Source: an uncultured Lactobacillus sp. (GTDB taxonomy: Bacteria > Bacillota > Bacilli > Lactobacillales > Lactobacillaceae). Taken from it: 64,000 nucleotides of DNA. The stretch is taken from NCBI GenBank assembly GCA_947575965.1, contig CANPPJ010000005.1, forward strand, positions 14,819 through 78,818, written 5' to 3'. Numbering within the stretch: position 1 is the first letter of the stretch; each line of letters begins with the position of its first letter. Position numbers and translations under genes: made by a program. The notes under the pieces are model-generated. The model saw only the letters and a program-made list of their open reading frames with translations, was not told the origin of the DNA and searched no databases. Below are positions 9,671 to 18,533 of this stretch, in pieces.

Positions 9671-11119
9671 TTGGATACTTTTGATGAGGCACAAAAACGT
9701 AAAAAACTAACCTGGCCCGTGATTGCCTTAATGGACTTTGTTACAGTTATTGGTTTTGATGACATTATCTATAACTTTCAAAATCAAGGATTAGCTGTAG
9801 TTAGTGACTGGATATTACTGTTAATTCTATTTGTAGTTCCATACGAATTAATTGTCGGACAACTAGGGGCTACTTTTTCAGATGACGGCGGAGGTTTATC
9901 TTCTTGGCTAAGACACACCTCTGGCGATCGAATGGGCTATATTACGGCTTGGTGTTATTGGGTAGTTTCATTGCCTTACTTGGTTGATGTAGCAAATTCA
10001 ACAGTTGTTTCTTTTGCATGGCTTTTTAAAGGACATGCATTAAGTGACAAAGAAATGAGCAATTGGGCTTTTGCTTTATTTACAGCAATCATCTTTGTCA
10101 TCTTTATCTTCTTCCAACATCGCTTTGCTAACTCGCTACAATGGTTATCGATCATTGGTGGCGGTGCAATGTTCATTATGACAATTCTTTTTGTAATTAT
10201 GACAATTGTATATTTAGGTGAAGGCCGTAGAATTGCTACTCAACCGTTCCACTTTAAGAATTTTTTACCAACTTTTGATATGAAATTCCTAATGTCATTA
10301 GGATTATTAATTTTTGCCATGAACGGGGCAGAATTTGTTGCTCCTTATGTTACTGAAATGAAAGATGGCCCCAGAAACTTTCCAAAAGCAATGTATATGC
10401 TAGCAATCATGACAGGTTTTCTAACTATTTTTGGTTCATTTGCTCTAGGTGTATTCTTCAATGCACATCACCTGCCTGATGACTTAAAGATGAATGGTTC
10501 TTACTATGCCTTCCAAGCCATGGGTGAAAAATTTGGTATGGGAAAATTTTTCTTATACACTTTCATTATTACCCAAGCTCTTTATATGCTAGCCCAACTA
10601 GCTGTTTTAGTTGATGGGGGTGCTAGAATCTTCTTATCAGATACTGCCAAAAAATACTTACCAAAACAATTAACTAAAACTGATAAGAATGGCTTACCAA
10701 TCAATGGATATTGGTTAACAACAGGAATCTGTTCTGTCCTTCTATTTTTGAGCGCTACGCTTCCTTCAGTGAATGATATTTTTAATCAGTTATTAAACCT
10801 AAACGGAATTGTTTCTCCATATGTTACTGGGTTACTCTTCTGGGCATTTATTAAAATTAGACTTCACCCAGAAAAGTTCCCATCTCAGTACGTTTTTATT
10901 AAGAATAAAACATTTGCTGTTATTGTCGGCTGGTGGTGTTTAATTATTACTGTTACCGGAGCAACCTTTGGAATCGTGCCAATCGATGCTAAAGCCGGAT
11001 CGTCAACTTGGTGGCACATGTTAATCTTAAATATTGTTGAACCGCTTTTGATGATTGGGTTAGGTGTACTTTTACCATTAATTGCTAAATGGCAAAGAGT
11101 AAGGGAAAACAAAAATTAA
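9671..11119 (+). CDS. APC-superfamily amino-acid permease (glutamate:GABA antiporter family, YcaM-like)
   Basis: About 12 TM helices; LIVGQLGATF...GGLSSW and FAMNGAE motifs; TTG start after AGGAGG. Confidence 0.88.
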   Translation: MDTFDEAQKRKKLTWPVIALMDFVTVIGFDDIIYNFQNQGLAVVSDWILLLILFVVPYELIVGQLGATFSDDGGGLSSWLRHTSGDRMGYITAWCYWVVSLPYLVDVANSTVVSFAWLFKGHALSDKEMSNWAFALFTAIIFVIFIFFQHRFANSLQWLSIIGGGAMFIMTILFVIMTIVYLGEGRRIATQPFHFKNFLPTFDMKFLMSLGLLIFAMNGAEFVAPYVTEMKDGPRNFPKAMYMLAIMTGFLTIFGSFALGVFFNAHHLPDDLKMNGSYYAFQAMGEKFGMGKFFLYTFIITQALYMLAQLAVLVDGGARIFLSDTAKKYLPKQLTKTDKNGLPINGYWLTTGICSVLLFLSATLPSVNDIFNQLLNLNGIVSPYVTGLLFWAFIKIRLHPEKFPSQYVFIKNKTFAVIVGWWCLIITVTGATFGIVPIDAKAGSSTWWHMLILNIVEPLLMIGLGVLLPLIAKWQRVRENKN

Positions 11120-11122
11120 AAC

Positions 11123-11153
11123 AAAGGCCAAATCCTTAGTAGATTTGGCTTTT
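11123..11153 (+). terminator. Terminator of the APC permease gene
   Basis: AAAGGCCAAATC...GATTTGGCTTTT. Confidence 0.8.
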
Positions 11154-11229
11154 ATTATCATTTGATAACATAACAATATGTAAAAGCCTTTTATTTGCTA
11201 TTATTTCATTGACGATTTATATTTATAAG

Positions 11230-11767
11230 TGAAGGCAGTCTTCATAGAGAAGCAAATAAATAACAATTTATTTAATTGCTATTACTTTATATAAATATTT
11301 AGTAAATATATTAAGAAGAAGTTTTTGATGTTCTAAATCATAATAATCGTTCACTATTTTCACTACTTTTTCCCGTCTATAGTTCAACAAAATTAAAATA
11401 GTGAATTAATTGTTAGTAAAATACAGTTTAACTAAATTCTTCAGGAAGCTGAAACGTATCGCTACATACGATCTCAGTTTAAACTATGTATTACAAAGAT
11501 AATAAATTTGTCACCCTATATACCCTTAAGTCGTGAGCTTTCCTATTCCCCCATAATTATATGACTTAAGTGATTTTCTTAATTAACTACCTTTGATACA
11601 GTCAGTTTAATTCATTTACAAGTGTAAAAATTTATTATGGTATTAGAGCATCAATTACATGCTCCACTCATATTTATGTGCACGGTTAATTAAAGTAATT
11701 ATCTCTATTGGGATATTACCGTGTTCAAATATCCTAAGGTCACTTCGTTATTCGAAGTGGCCTTTTT
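11230..11767 (+). ncRNA. Candidate ~540-nt multi-hairpin non-coding RNA
   Basis: Promoter TTGCTA-17-TATATT (11195-11223), about 10 consecutive stem-loops, strong terminator at 11736-11767, and no ORF of 60 aa or more in the track. Confidence 0.55.
11736..11767 (+). terminator. Rho-independent terminator
   Basis: AAGGTCACTTCG-TTATT-CGAAGTGGCC-TTTTT. Confidence 0.85.
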
Positions 11768-11776
11768 GTATCAAAA

Positions 11777-11805
11777 TTGATTTTTATTTAAAAAGAAATT
11801 ATAAT
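11777..11805 (+). promoter_or_regulatory. Sigma-A promoter of hflX
   Basis: TTGATT, 17 bp spacer, TATAAT. Confidence 0.65.
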
Positions 11806-11886
11806 TTTTATACTATTAAATAAAGGAATGGTTATGATGATTTTTTAAGCCATTAAATATAATTATGAAATACTTTTTGAAAGCAG

Positions 11887-13176
11887 GTGAATTATTTGAT
11901 CGATAATCAACCAAAAAAGATTAAGGCCTTTATTGCAGGCGTAAATTTAAATGATCCTAATTTTGATTATTATATGACTGAGCTAAGAGAATTAGCACTT
12001 GCCAACAACCTAGATGTTGTTGGGGAAGCAAGCCAAAAGGCTGAAAATATCGTTGCGGGAACATATTTTGGTGTTGGTAAACTTAATCAAATTAAAAATA
12101 TGGCTCGCGAATTACATGCTAAGATCTTGGTCATTAATGATGAGCTTTCGCCAACTCAAATTAGAAATATTGAGCGCATGACAAAACTTAAAGTGCTTGA
12201 TCGAACTGAATTAATTTTAGAAATTTTCTCTAATCGCGCACGTAGTAGACAAGCTAAACTACAAGTTCAACTTGCTAGATTGCAATATGAACTACCTCGG
12301 CTTCATCCATCGGAAAACAATCTAGACCAGCAGCGTGGTTCTGGTGGTGCAAGTGGTGGTTTTGCTAACCGTGGTTCTGGTGAAACTAAACTTGAGCTAA
12401 ATAGACGAACTATTGGTAAACAAATTAGTGCAATTAAAAAAGAACTAAAAGACATTAGCAAACAAGAAGAAATAAAATCTGCTAGACGAAACAATTCTCG
12501 TCTACCACAGGTTGCCCTCGTTGGCTATACTAATGCTGGAAAATCAACAACGATGAATGAATTGTTAAATATCTTTAGTGATGAAGCGTCTAAAAAGCAA
12601 GTATTTGAAAAAAATATGCTATTTGCGACTTTAGACACTAGTGTTAGAAGAATTGACCTAAAAGATGACTTAAGTTTTATCCTTTCGGATACCGTTGGTT
12701 TTATCTCCAAGCTACCTCATAACTTAATTGAATCATTTAAGGCTACTTTGCAAGAGGCTAAAGATGCTGACTTGATAATCAATGTCGTAGATGCCTCCGA
12801 TCATAATATGGTTCAAATGATTAAAACGACCCAAAAAGTTCTAGATGAATTGAAGATTACCAATGTCCCAATGATTACTGCTTATAATAAAGCTGACTTA
12901 ACAGATCGCAATTATCCACAAATTGAGGGAAATGATATTTTATATTCAGCTAAAGATCCCGAATCAATTAAACAACTAGCTGATTTAATTGTTAAAAAAG
13001 TTTTTGATAATTACGAAAAGGTAAACTTGGTCTTACCTTTATCAGACGGTAAAAATTTAGCCTATCTTCATGAATATGGTCAAATTTTAAATGAAGATTT
13101 CAAAGATGATGGCGTTCATGTTACAGTAAGACTATCACCAAAAGATCTAGAAAAATTTAAAACTAAAACTGTTTAA
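11887..13176 (+). CDS. hflX: Ribosome-splitting GTPase HflX
   Basis: DRTELILEIF, QLARLQYELPRL, GYTNAGKST, LFATLD, DTVGF and NKAD motifs. Confidence 0.95.
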   Translation: MNYLIDNQPKKIKAFIAGVNLNDPNFDYYMTELRELALANNLDVVGEASQKAENIVAGTYFGVGKLNQIKNMARELHAKILVINDELSPTQIRNIERMTKLKVLDRTELILEIFSNRARSRQAKLQVQLARLQYELPRLHPSENNLDQQRGSGGASGGFANRGSGETKLELNRRTIGKQISAIKKELKDISKQEEIKSARRNNSRLPQVALVGYTNAGKSTTMNELLNIFSDEASKKQVFEKNMLFATLDTSVRRIDLKDDLSFILSDTVGFISKLPHNLIESFKATLQEAKDADLIINVVDASDHNMVQMIKTTQKVLDELKITNVPMITAYNKADLTDRNYPQIEGNDILYSAKDPESIKQLADLIVKKVFDNYEKVNLVLPLSDGKNLAYLHEYGQILNEDFKDDGVHVTVRLSPKDLEKFKTKTV

Positions 13177-13181
13177 CAAAC

Positions 13182-13216
13182 AAAAAAGGCGTAGATTTTA
13201 AAATCTACGCCTTTTT
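13182..13216. terminator. Bidirectional terminator
   Basis: AAAAAAGGCGTAGATT...AATCTACGCCTTTTT. Confidence 0.85.
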
Positions 13217-13219
13217 ATA

Positions 13220-14428
13220 TTATTTATAAATAATTACAGCTTCGTTTTTCTCCACATTATTCCAAACTTTCGGAGCATCACTCGGTCTTAAGTTAACACA
13301 TCCATAAGAACCATCATTTAGATAAGCTGTTTTTGACCAATTCTTTCGCCAGCTATTATCATGGAAGCCGCAGCCGGTTAAGGTAAATGGCATCCAGTAT
13401 TTCACATCAACTGAGTATTTCGAACCATCATCATTTGTTCCCTTTAAAACACTTGGAGATTCTTTATAGTGAATATACCAAACTCCAGTAGGTGTTTCTA
13501 GGTTCTTATGAGCAAGCTTAGTCTCTACTGTACCAGTAACAATTGTATCTAATGTTAATACACATTTGCCATTCTTATAGACCCACATCTTTTGATCAGT
13601 TAAAGAAACAACAATATAGTTATTACCAATTCCATTATTGCTTAACCCATAGCCAGTTCCATAGGTACTAAAACCTTCACCATAGATATAATTTTTTCCA
13701 TTAAGGGTTTGAACGTTATTGGCTAATGCATCCTCAACACCAGCTAATAATTTCTTTTCATTAATTGCCCATCCATAGCTTTCATTCTTAACTGTCGTAA
13801 CTTGACCATTTGGAAGCTTGAAGTCATAGGATTTATGAAGAGTAGATACTTCTTTGTTAATGCTGTTAATTTTATCTTCTAGAATTTTTGTATCCAAAAA
13901 TACGTACTTATTATTTTTATATGATACCTTTGGAAATACTTCTGCTCTTTTAAATACAAAAGACTTACCATTTACAGTATATTTTACCTGTCGATTTTTA
14001 ATCTGATTTAATTTATCTTTTGCTGTTAATAAGGTATTGTTTTGAAAATTCCATTTTTTCCGGCTAGGGTAACGAGTATGTTGAGTTTCAAAATATGATT
14101 GAACTTTTTTACGCGTAATCACTTTATTACTCGTCTTCTTTACTACGACTTTATCACCCTCTAAAATCGCATCATTTTTTGCTTTTTCATTTATTTTTGC
14201 AGTAGCTTTTTTGACCGTTAGCTTTCCAACAGGAATATTATAAATTACGACATTCGGATTAAAGTGGTTAGAATTAAATTTTTCTGCTTCAGCATTTCTT
14301 TTAGACTGAATATGACCAAAAATTAACCAACCTATTAAAATTATTATTAAGCCAATTAAAATACCTATTAGCCACTTTCGATAGTTATTTGTGGGATGGG
14401 TATTTTTTTCTTCGTTTTTATTATTCAT
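13220..14428 (-). CDS. Membrane-anchored L,D-transpeptidase family protein (Ldtfm-like architecture)
   Basis: N-terminal TM anchor; ETPTGVW, YWMPF and GFHD...GSYGCVNL YkuD motif. Confidence 0.88.
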   Translation of the reverse strand: MNNKNEEKNTHPTNNYRKWLIGILIGLIIILIGWLIFGHIQSKRNAEAEKFNSNHFNPNVVIYNIPVGKLTVKKATAKINEKAKNDAILEGDKVVVKKTSNKVITRKKVQSYFETQHTRYPSRKKWNFQNNTLLTAKDKLNQIKNRQVKYTVNGKSFVFKRAEVFPKVSYKNNKYVFLDTKILEDKINSINKEVSTLHKSYDFKLPNGQVTTVKNESYGWAINEKKLLAGVEDALANNVQTLNGKNYIYGEGFSTYGTGYGLSNNGIGNNYIVVSLTDQKMWVYKNGKCVLTLDTIVTGTVETKLAHKNLETPTGVWYIHYKESPSVLKGTNDDGSKYSVDVKYWMPFTLTGCGFHDNSWRKNWSKTAYLNDGSYGCVNLRPSDAPKVWNNVEKNEAVIIYK

Positions 14429-14471
14429 TAAAAATACCTAATTCCTTAAAAAGTTCTTTTAATTATATCAC

Positions 14472-14504
14472 AAAAAAGAAGGTTAATCTTTTGATTAACC
14501 TTCT
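14472..14504 (-). terminator. Terminator of the NlpC/P60 gene
   Basis: AAAAAAGAAGGTTAATC-TTTT-GATTAACCTTCT. Confidence 0.8.
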
Positions 14505-14530
14505 AAAATAACTATCTTTATTTCAATTTA

Positions 14531-15751
14531 TTAGTTTACACGGATTGCGTAATCTGGCATGAAGTAACTTGAGATAGAAGCTTGAGTTACGTTTTGACCT
14601 GGTTGTGGTGCGTGTACGTATTGGTTGTTACCTACGTAAATAGCATCGTGGTAGTTACCCCACATTAAGATATCACCAGCTTGTGCTTGGCTAACAGAAA
14701 TGTGTTGGCCTGCACCAGCTTGTTGGTAAGTAGTACGTCCAACGTTCTTACCAGCTTGGCTGTATGCGTATTGAACTAAACCAGAGCAGTCGTATGCGTT
14801 AGGACCAGTTGCACCCCATACGTAAGGTTTACCAATTTGTGATTGTGCTGCGCTAACTACAGTTTGTGCAGTGCTGCTGTTTGATTGAGTTGAAACTTGT
14901 GGCTTAGCAGTTTGAGTAGTTGCTGCTTGACTTGAAGCTTGTTGAGCTTGTTGTGCAGGCTTAGCAGCAGTGTTGTTTTGTGCAGGTGCAGTGTAAGTAG
15001 TGCTTGATTGAGTTGAAGCAGTAGATACTTGCTTAGTAGTTGCTGCAGTATTAGTTTGTACATAGTTAGTATGTGCTGGAGCAGCTTGAGTGTTAGCTGA
15101 AGCAGTAGTTGCAGTTTGTTGTGCAGGTTGTGCTACTGGAGCAGTTGCTTGTTGTACGTTTGCTGCAGTATTAGTTTGTACAGGTGTAGTAGCTGCAACA
15201 GATGCGGTGTTAGCAGTTGTAGTAGCTGCTTGTTGTGCTACTGGAGCAGTTGCTTGTTGTACAGGTGCTGAAGCTTGTTGTGCGTTGTTAACGTTTGCTG
15301 CTGGAGCTTGTGCAACATCATTGTTTGCAACGTTAGCTGCAGGAACTCGACTTACAGCAGTGGCAACTGCAGATAAATCAGCAGTAACTGCGATTGGAGC
15401 TTCTTCTTCAACATTGTCAGATGAAATCCATTGGTCTCCACCTAAGTTGTACCAAGTTTCACCCTTAACAGTCTTAACTTTCTTGTATGTCTTCCAGCTT
15501 GATTGGTGTGGTAAGTACTTACCAGTTTGTTGCTTACCATCTTCGTAGCTGTTCCAAACAGCAATACTTTCACCAGTCTTAGAGTTTACCTTTACAACAC
15601 CAATTTGTTTTGTAGGTGCTTGAAGAGTAGAAGCTTGAGCAGTACTGTTAAAAGATAATGAGTTTAATTTAGCTGCACTTAAAGTTGCGATACCTGCAAC
15701 AGCGAATGATGCAGCAGTTGTAAATTTGATTACTTTAGATTTGATAGTCAA
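14531..15751 (-). CDS. Secreted NlpC/P60 peptidoglycan endopeptidase with an SLAP-like domain and an Ala/Gln/Thr-rich linker
   Basis: Signal peptide; SLAP-like WKTYK...WYNLGGDQW; GKPYVWGA...DCSGLV...HDAIYVG; TTG start after GGAGG. Confidence 0.9.
   Translation of the reverse strand: MTIKSKVIKFTTAASFAVAGIATLSAAKLNSLSFNSTAQASTLQAPTKQIGVVKVNSKTGESIAVWNSYEDGKQQTGKYLPHQSSWKTYKKVKTVKGETWYNLGGDQWISSDNVEEEAPIAVTADLSAVATAVSRVPAANVANNDVAQAPAANVNNAQQASAPVQQATAPVAQQAATTTANTASVAATTPVQTNTAANVQQATAPVAQPAQQTATTASANTQAAPAHTNYVQTNTAATTKQVSTASTQSSTTYTAPAQNNTAAKPAQQAQQASSQAATTQTAKPQVSTQSNSSTAQTVVSAAQSQIGKPYVWGATGPNAYDCSGLVQYAYSQAGKNVGRTTYQQAGAGQHISVSQAQAGDILMWGNYHDAIYVGNNQYVHAPQPGQNVTQASISSYFMPDYAIRVN
15040..15261 (-). 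repeat. Short in-frame direct repeats in the low-complexity linker
   Basis: TTGTGCTACTGGAGCAGTTGCTTGTTGTAC (VQQATAPVAQ) occurs twice; TTGCTGCAGTATTAGTTTGTACA (VQTNTAA) occurs twice. Confidence 0.8.
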
Positions 15752-15870
15752 GGGTTATTCCTCCATAAAATTCATTTTCTTAATTATCAACATAGCCGTC
15801 ATTAATTAACTAAAAAGTTATGCTATGTATCTCTTTTTTTTATTGACAATGGTTATTGTAGGGCATAAAT

Positions 15871-15887
15871 ATTACAGCCCTGTTACA
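15871..15887 (-). promoter_or_regulatory. WalR (YycF) box upstream of the NlpC/P60 hydrolase
   Basis: Minus strand TGTAAC-AGGGC-TGTAAT matches TGTWAH-N5-TGTWAH; a TACAAT -10 lies at 15855-15860. Confidence 0.7.
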
Positions 15888-15944
15888 AAGCTAAATCATT
15901 GTCGTTACATTTAGCTTATTATCAGCCTTTTTCATATTCAAAAT

Positions 15945-16502
15945 CTATTTATTTTCCAGCTTTGTTACGATCTTATCGAGCTCTTTAGCTGTCTTTTCCC
16001 AGTTGTCATTATTTAGTACATGTGCTTTTTTAGCAAGTTCATCTGACAAACGTAAATCACGCTTAAATTCAAAACTATTTAATCTTTTATCAATTTCACT
16101 AGCTTTATCTCCGCGTCCTAATAATCGCTTTTTTAGAACTGAAAAATCTGAAACAGTTAAATAAATAAAATATGCTTGCTTCCCTAATTTTTCTAAATAG
16201 GACTTAACTCCGTCAGTCTCAACAATCAAAGAAACCAAGTCATTCTTTGCCCATGCTTTTTCCAAAGCTTCTTTACTTGAGCCATATTGATATTCCCCAT
16301 ATTTTACATGTTCAAAGAAATGAAGTTTTTTAAAACTCTCATCAGTTTCAAAATAATATGACTTTCCAGGAATTTCTCCTTGTCTAATTGGCCGAGTAGT
16401 ATGTGTTACTACACGCGGAATATTATATTTTTCCGTTAAGTATTTTGAGACTGTTGTCTTTCCTACTCCACTTGGTCCCGCAATTATGATAATTCTTTGC
16501 AA
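15945..16502 (-). CDS. Guanylate kinase family protein
   Basis: GPSGVGKT, THTTRPIR.GE and YGS motifs. TTG start placed after GGGAG. Confidence 0.88.
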   Translation of the reverse strand: MQRIIIIAGPSGVGKTTVSKYLTEKYNIPRVVTHTTRPIRQGEIPGKSYYFETDESFKKLHFFEHVKYGEYQYGSSKEALEKAWAKNDLVSLIVETDGVKSYLEKLGKQAYFIYLTVSDFSVLKKRLLGRGDKASEIDKRLNSFEFKRDLRLSDELAKKAHVLNNDNWEKTAKELDKIVTKLENK

Positions 16503-16592
16503 AATATTACTCTCCCGCTTGAAATCGACTATTATATATAATAGTATTTCACTATTGTAAAACATTTCTGTACAGAAAAGGGAGTTTTTTAA

Positions 16593-16886
16593 ATGAAAAA
16601 AGCTGATGTAAAAATTGGTCAAATTTTAGCTGCTACTTCTGAGGAAGAACTTAAGCATCCTTTTCAAGGAAAAGTAGAAAAAATTTATGAAAATTCTGCT
16701 TTGCTAGCTATAACTTCATATGACCCAGAAGATGAATCTTCAGTTAATGAATTAAACAATAAAATGGTCATTAACTTCAAGCGCTTAAAAAAGGTGAAAT
16801 CACCTGCACGTGGAAAGACTGCCGCAACAAACGATGTAAAGATTTCTAAAGTTGAACCTGACAAAAAGGACAAAGAATCAAAATAA
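16593..16886 (+). CDS. Small conserved hypothetical protein (DUF2187/YkvS-like)
   Basis: RBS AAGGGAG; GKVEKIYENSAL motif. Confidence 0.7.
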   Translation: MKKADVKIGQILAATSEEELKHPFQGKVEKIYENSALLAITSYDPEDESSVNELNNKMVINFKRLKKVKSPARGKTAATNDVKISKVEPDKKDKESK

Positions 16887-16934
16887 AAATTAAGCCTAAA
16901 TATTTTTTGTTTTATCAAAGGAACCTAAAATCAC

Positions 16935-18464
16935 ATGAAAAAACGGCTTCAAGCATTCTTATTTTGGTTTATTTTAATTCAGCCATTTTTAGATATTTAT
17001 TGGTTATCTAGGCCACCGCTTCTAAAATTTTCAATCCCCACTATTTTGAGAGTTTTAGGAGTGTTTATTGCCATTGTTTTATTCTTTAGTATCAAGAATA
17101 ATTGGCAAAGATTCAGAAAACAATGGTGGATTATTTCTTATATTGGTGTTTTAATTTTATACTCAATTTTTCACCTAATTTCGGTAAGAAATTTTACTGG
17201 TATGGACGCAACAGGTTTCCATTACTCACCTAAAGTTGAAATTTTTTATCTAGTAAGAGCTTGTCTACCACTAATTGTTATCTATATTACCTCATACAGC
17301 GGTTTTAAAGAGAAATACTTTTTCCGCGTAATTCAAGGTATCTCAGGCTTGTATTCTTTAACAATCGTTATCTCGAATCTATTTCTTTTCTCATTAACTT
17401 CATACCATACTACTGAAGCTAAAAGAATTAGTGCTAATATTTTTTCTTGGTTTACTCAAACAAACTATCCTTTTAATGCCTTAGCTTCTAAAGGAATTTT
17501 CTTTCAAGCTAATACTTTATCAGCTATTTTGTTTATGATCATGCCTATTATGCTCTATATTCTTTATAAAGAGTTTAATCTTTTAAATATAGTTCTAGTG
17601 AGTGCACAAGCATTAGCAATGCTAATGCTTGGAACAAAAGTTGGAAATTTCGGACTGATTATTAGCCTAGTGGTCTTTTTATTTGTCTTCTTAATTCATA
17701 GTTTAATTTTGAAGAATACTAAGTTTTCATCCAAATTTTTAATTACATTAATTTGTATACTAACTGCTTCGGCTGCTATTTTTCCTTATAGTCCAACTCT
17801 CAGAAGATCTTCACTTGAAAGTGGTGTAGCTCAAAAGAGAAGTAATCTTGGTGACAAGAAAAAGCTTGATCAAGAACTTAATGCCGGACTGAAAAGATAC
17901 AAGGGCAAAAAACAAGAAGACTATCTTAAAGAATTTATCAAGAAAAATTACTGGGTCTATTCTTTAAAACATGATTTAGTATTGGAGCATTACTCTTATC
18001 AAAATGATCCTTACTACTGGCTTGAAGTGATGAAAAGACCAGCAAATGAACGCCTAAATTACCGACATCTAGAAAAAGATATCTTAAGTCGCGTCATGAA
18101 AAATGACAAAAATAAGTTAAATAAATTGTTTGGTATTTCCTTTAGCCGTGAAAATAATATTGCTCCACTAGAGCGAGACTTTTTAGCACAGTATTATTCA
18201 ATGGGAATATTAGGAGTTATCCTCTTAGATGTTATTTACTTATTTATTCTCGGCTATGGCATCTTTTATTGGTTGTTCAATAAAAAAATAAGATCCTTTC
18301 TAAACTCTTCGCTATTACTATCAGGTGGATTTATCTTGTTTGCTGCTTTTTATGCAGGTAATGTACTTGAATACTTATCAGCAACTTTAGTAATGGCATT
18401 TATACTAGGATTTTTATTACAAAATATTCGCTATAGTCGTTATGCAGAAATATCTTCTAAATAA
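16935..18464 (+). CDS. O-antigen ligase/Wzy-like polytopic membrane protein
   Basis: About 12 TM helices; LLGTKV-like and ERDFL...MGILG motifs; large extracytoplasmic loop. Confidence 0.75.
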   Translation: MKKRLQAFLFWFILIQPFLDIYWLSRPPLLKFSIPTILRVLGVFIAIVLFFSIKNNWQRFRKQWWIISYIGVLILYSIFHLISVRNFTGMDATGFHYSPKVEIFYLVRACLPLIVIYITSYSGFKEKYFFRVIQGISGLYSLTIVISNLFLFSLTSYHTTEAKRISANIFSWFTQTNYPFNALASKGIFFQANTLSAILFMIMPIMLYILYKEFNLLNIVLVSAQALAMLMLGTKVGNFGLIISLVVFLFVFLIHSLILKNTKFSSKFLITLICILTASAAIFPYSPTLRRSSLESGVAQKRSNLGDKKKLDQELNAGLKRYKGKKQEDYLKEFIKKNYWVYSLKHDLVLEHYSYQNDPYYWLEVMKRPANERLNYRHLEKDILSRVMKNDKNKLNKLFGISFSRENNIAPLERDFLAQYYSMGILGVILLDVIYLFILGYGIFYWLFNKKIRSFLNSSLLLSGGFILFAAFYAGNVLEYLSATLVMAFILGFLLQNIRYSRYAEISSK

Positions 18465-18470
18465 CTAAAC

Positions 18471-18515
18471 AAAAGACCTTATTTCGAATTGTACTCATCG
18501 AAATAAGGTCTTTTT
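18471..18515. terminator. Bidirectional terminator
   Basis: AAAAGACCTTATTTCGA...TCGAAATAAGGTCTTTTT. Confidence 0.85.
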
Positions 18516-18533
18516 ATTACCAAATTATCCTTA

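Noticed and set aside
11230-11767. CRISPR array, T-box or riboswitch leader of hflX
   Set aside because: No repeated direct units, no T-box GGTGGNACCGCG motif, and hflX has its own promoter downstream of the terminator.
15090-15548. 152-aa Cys/Ala-rich ORF on the + strand
   Set aside because: Antisense shadow of the GCA/CAA/ACT-rich linker of the NlpC/P60 gene; no RBS or independent signal.
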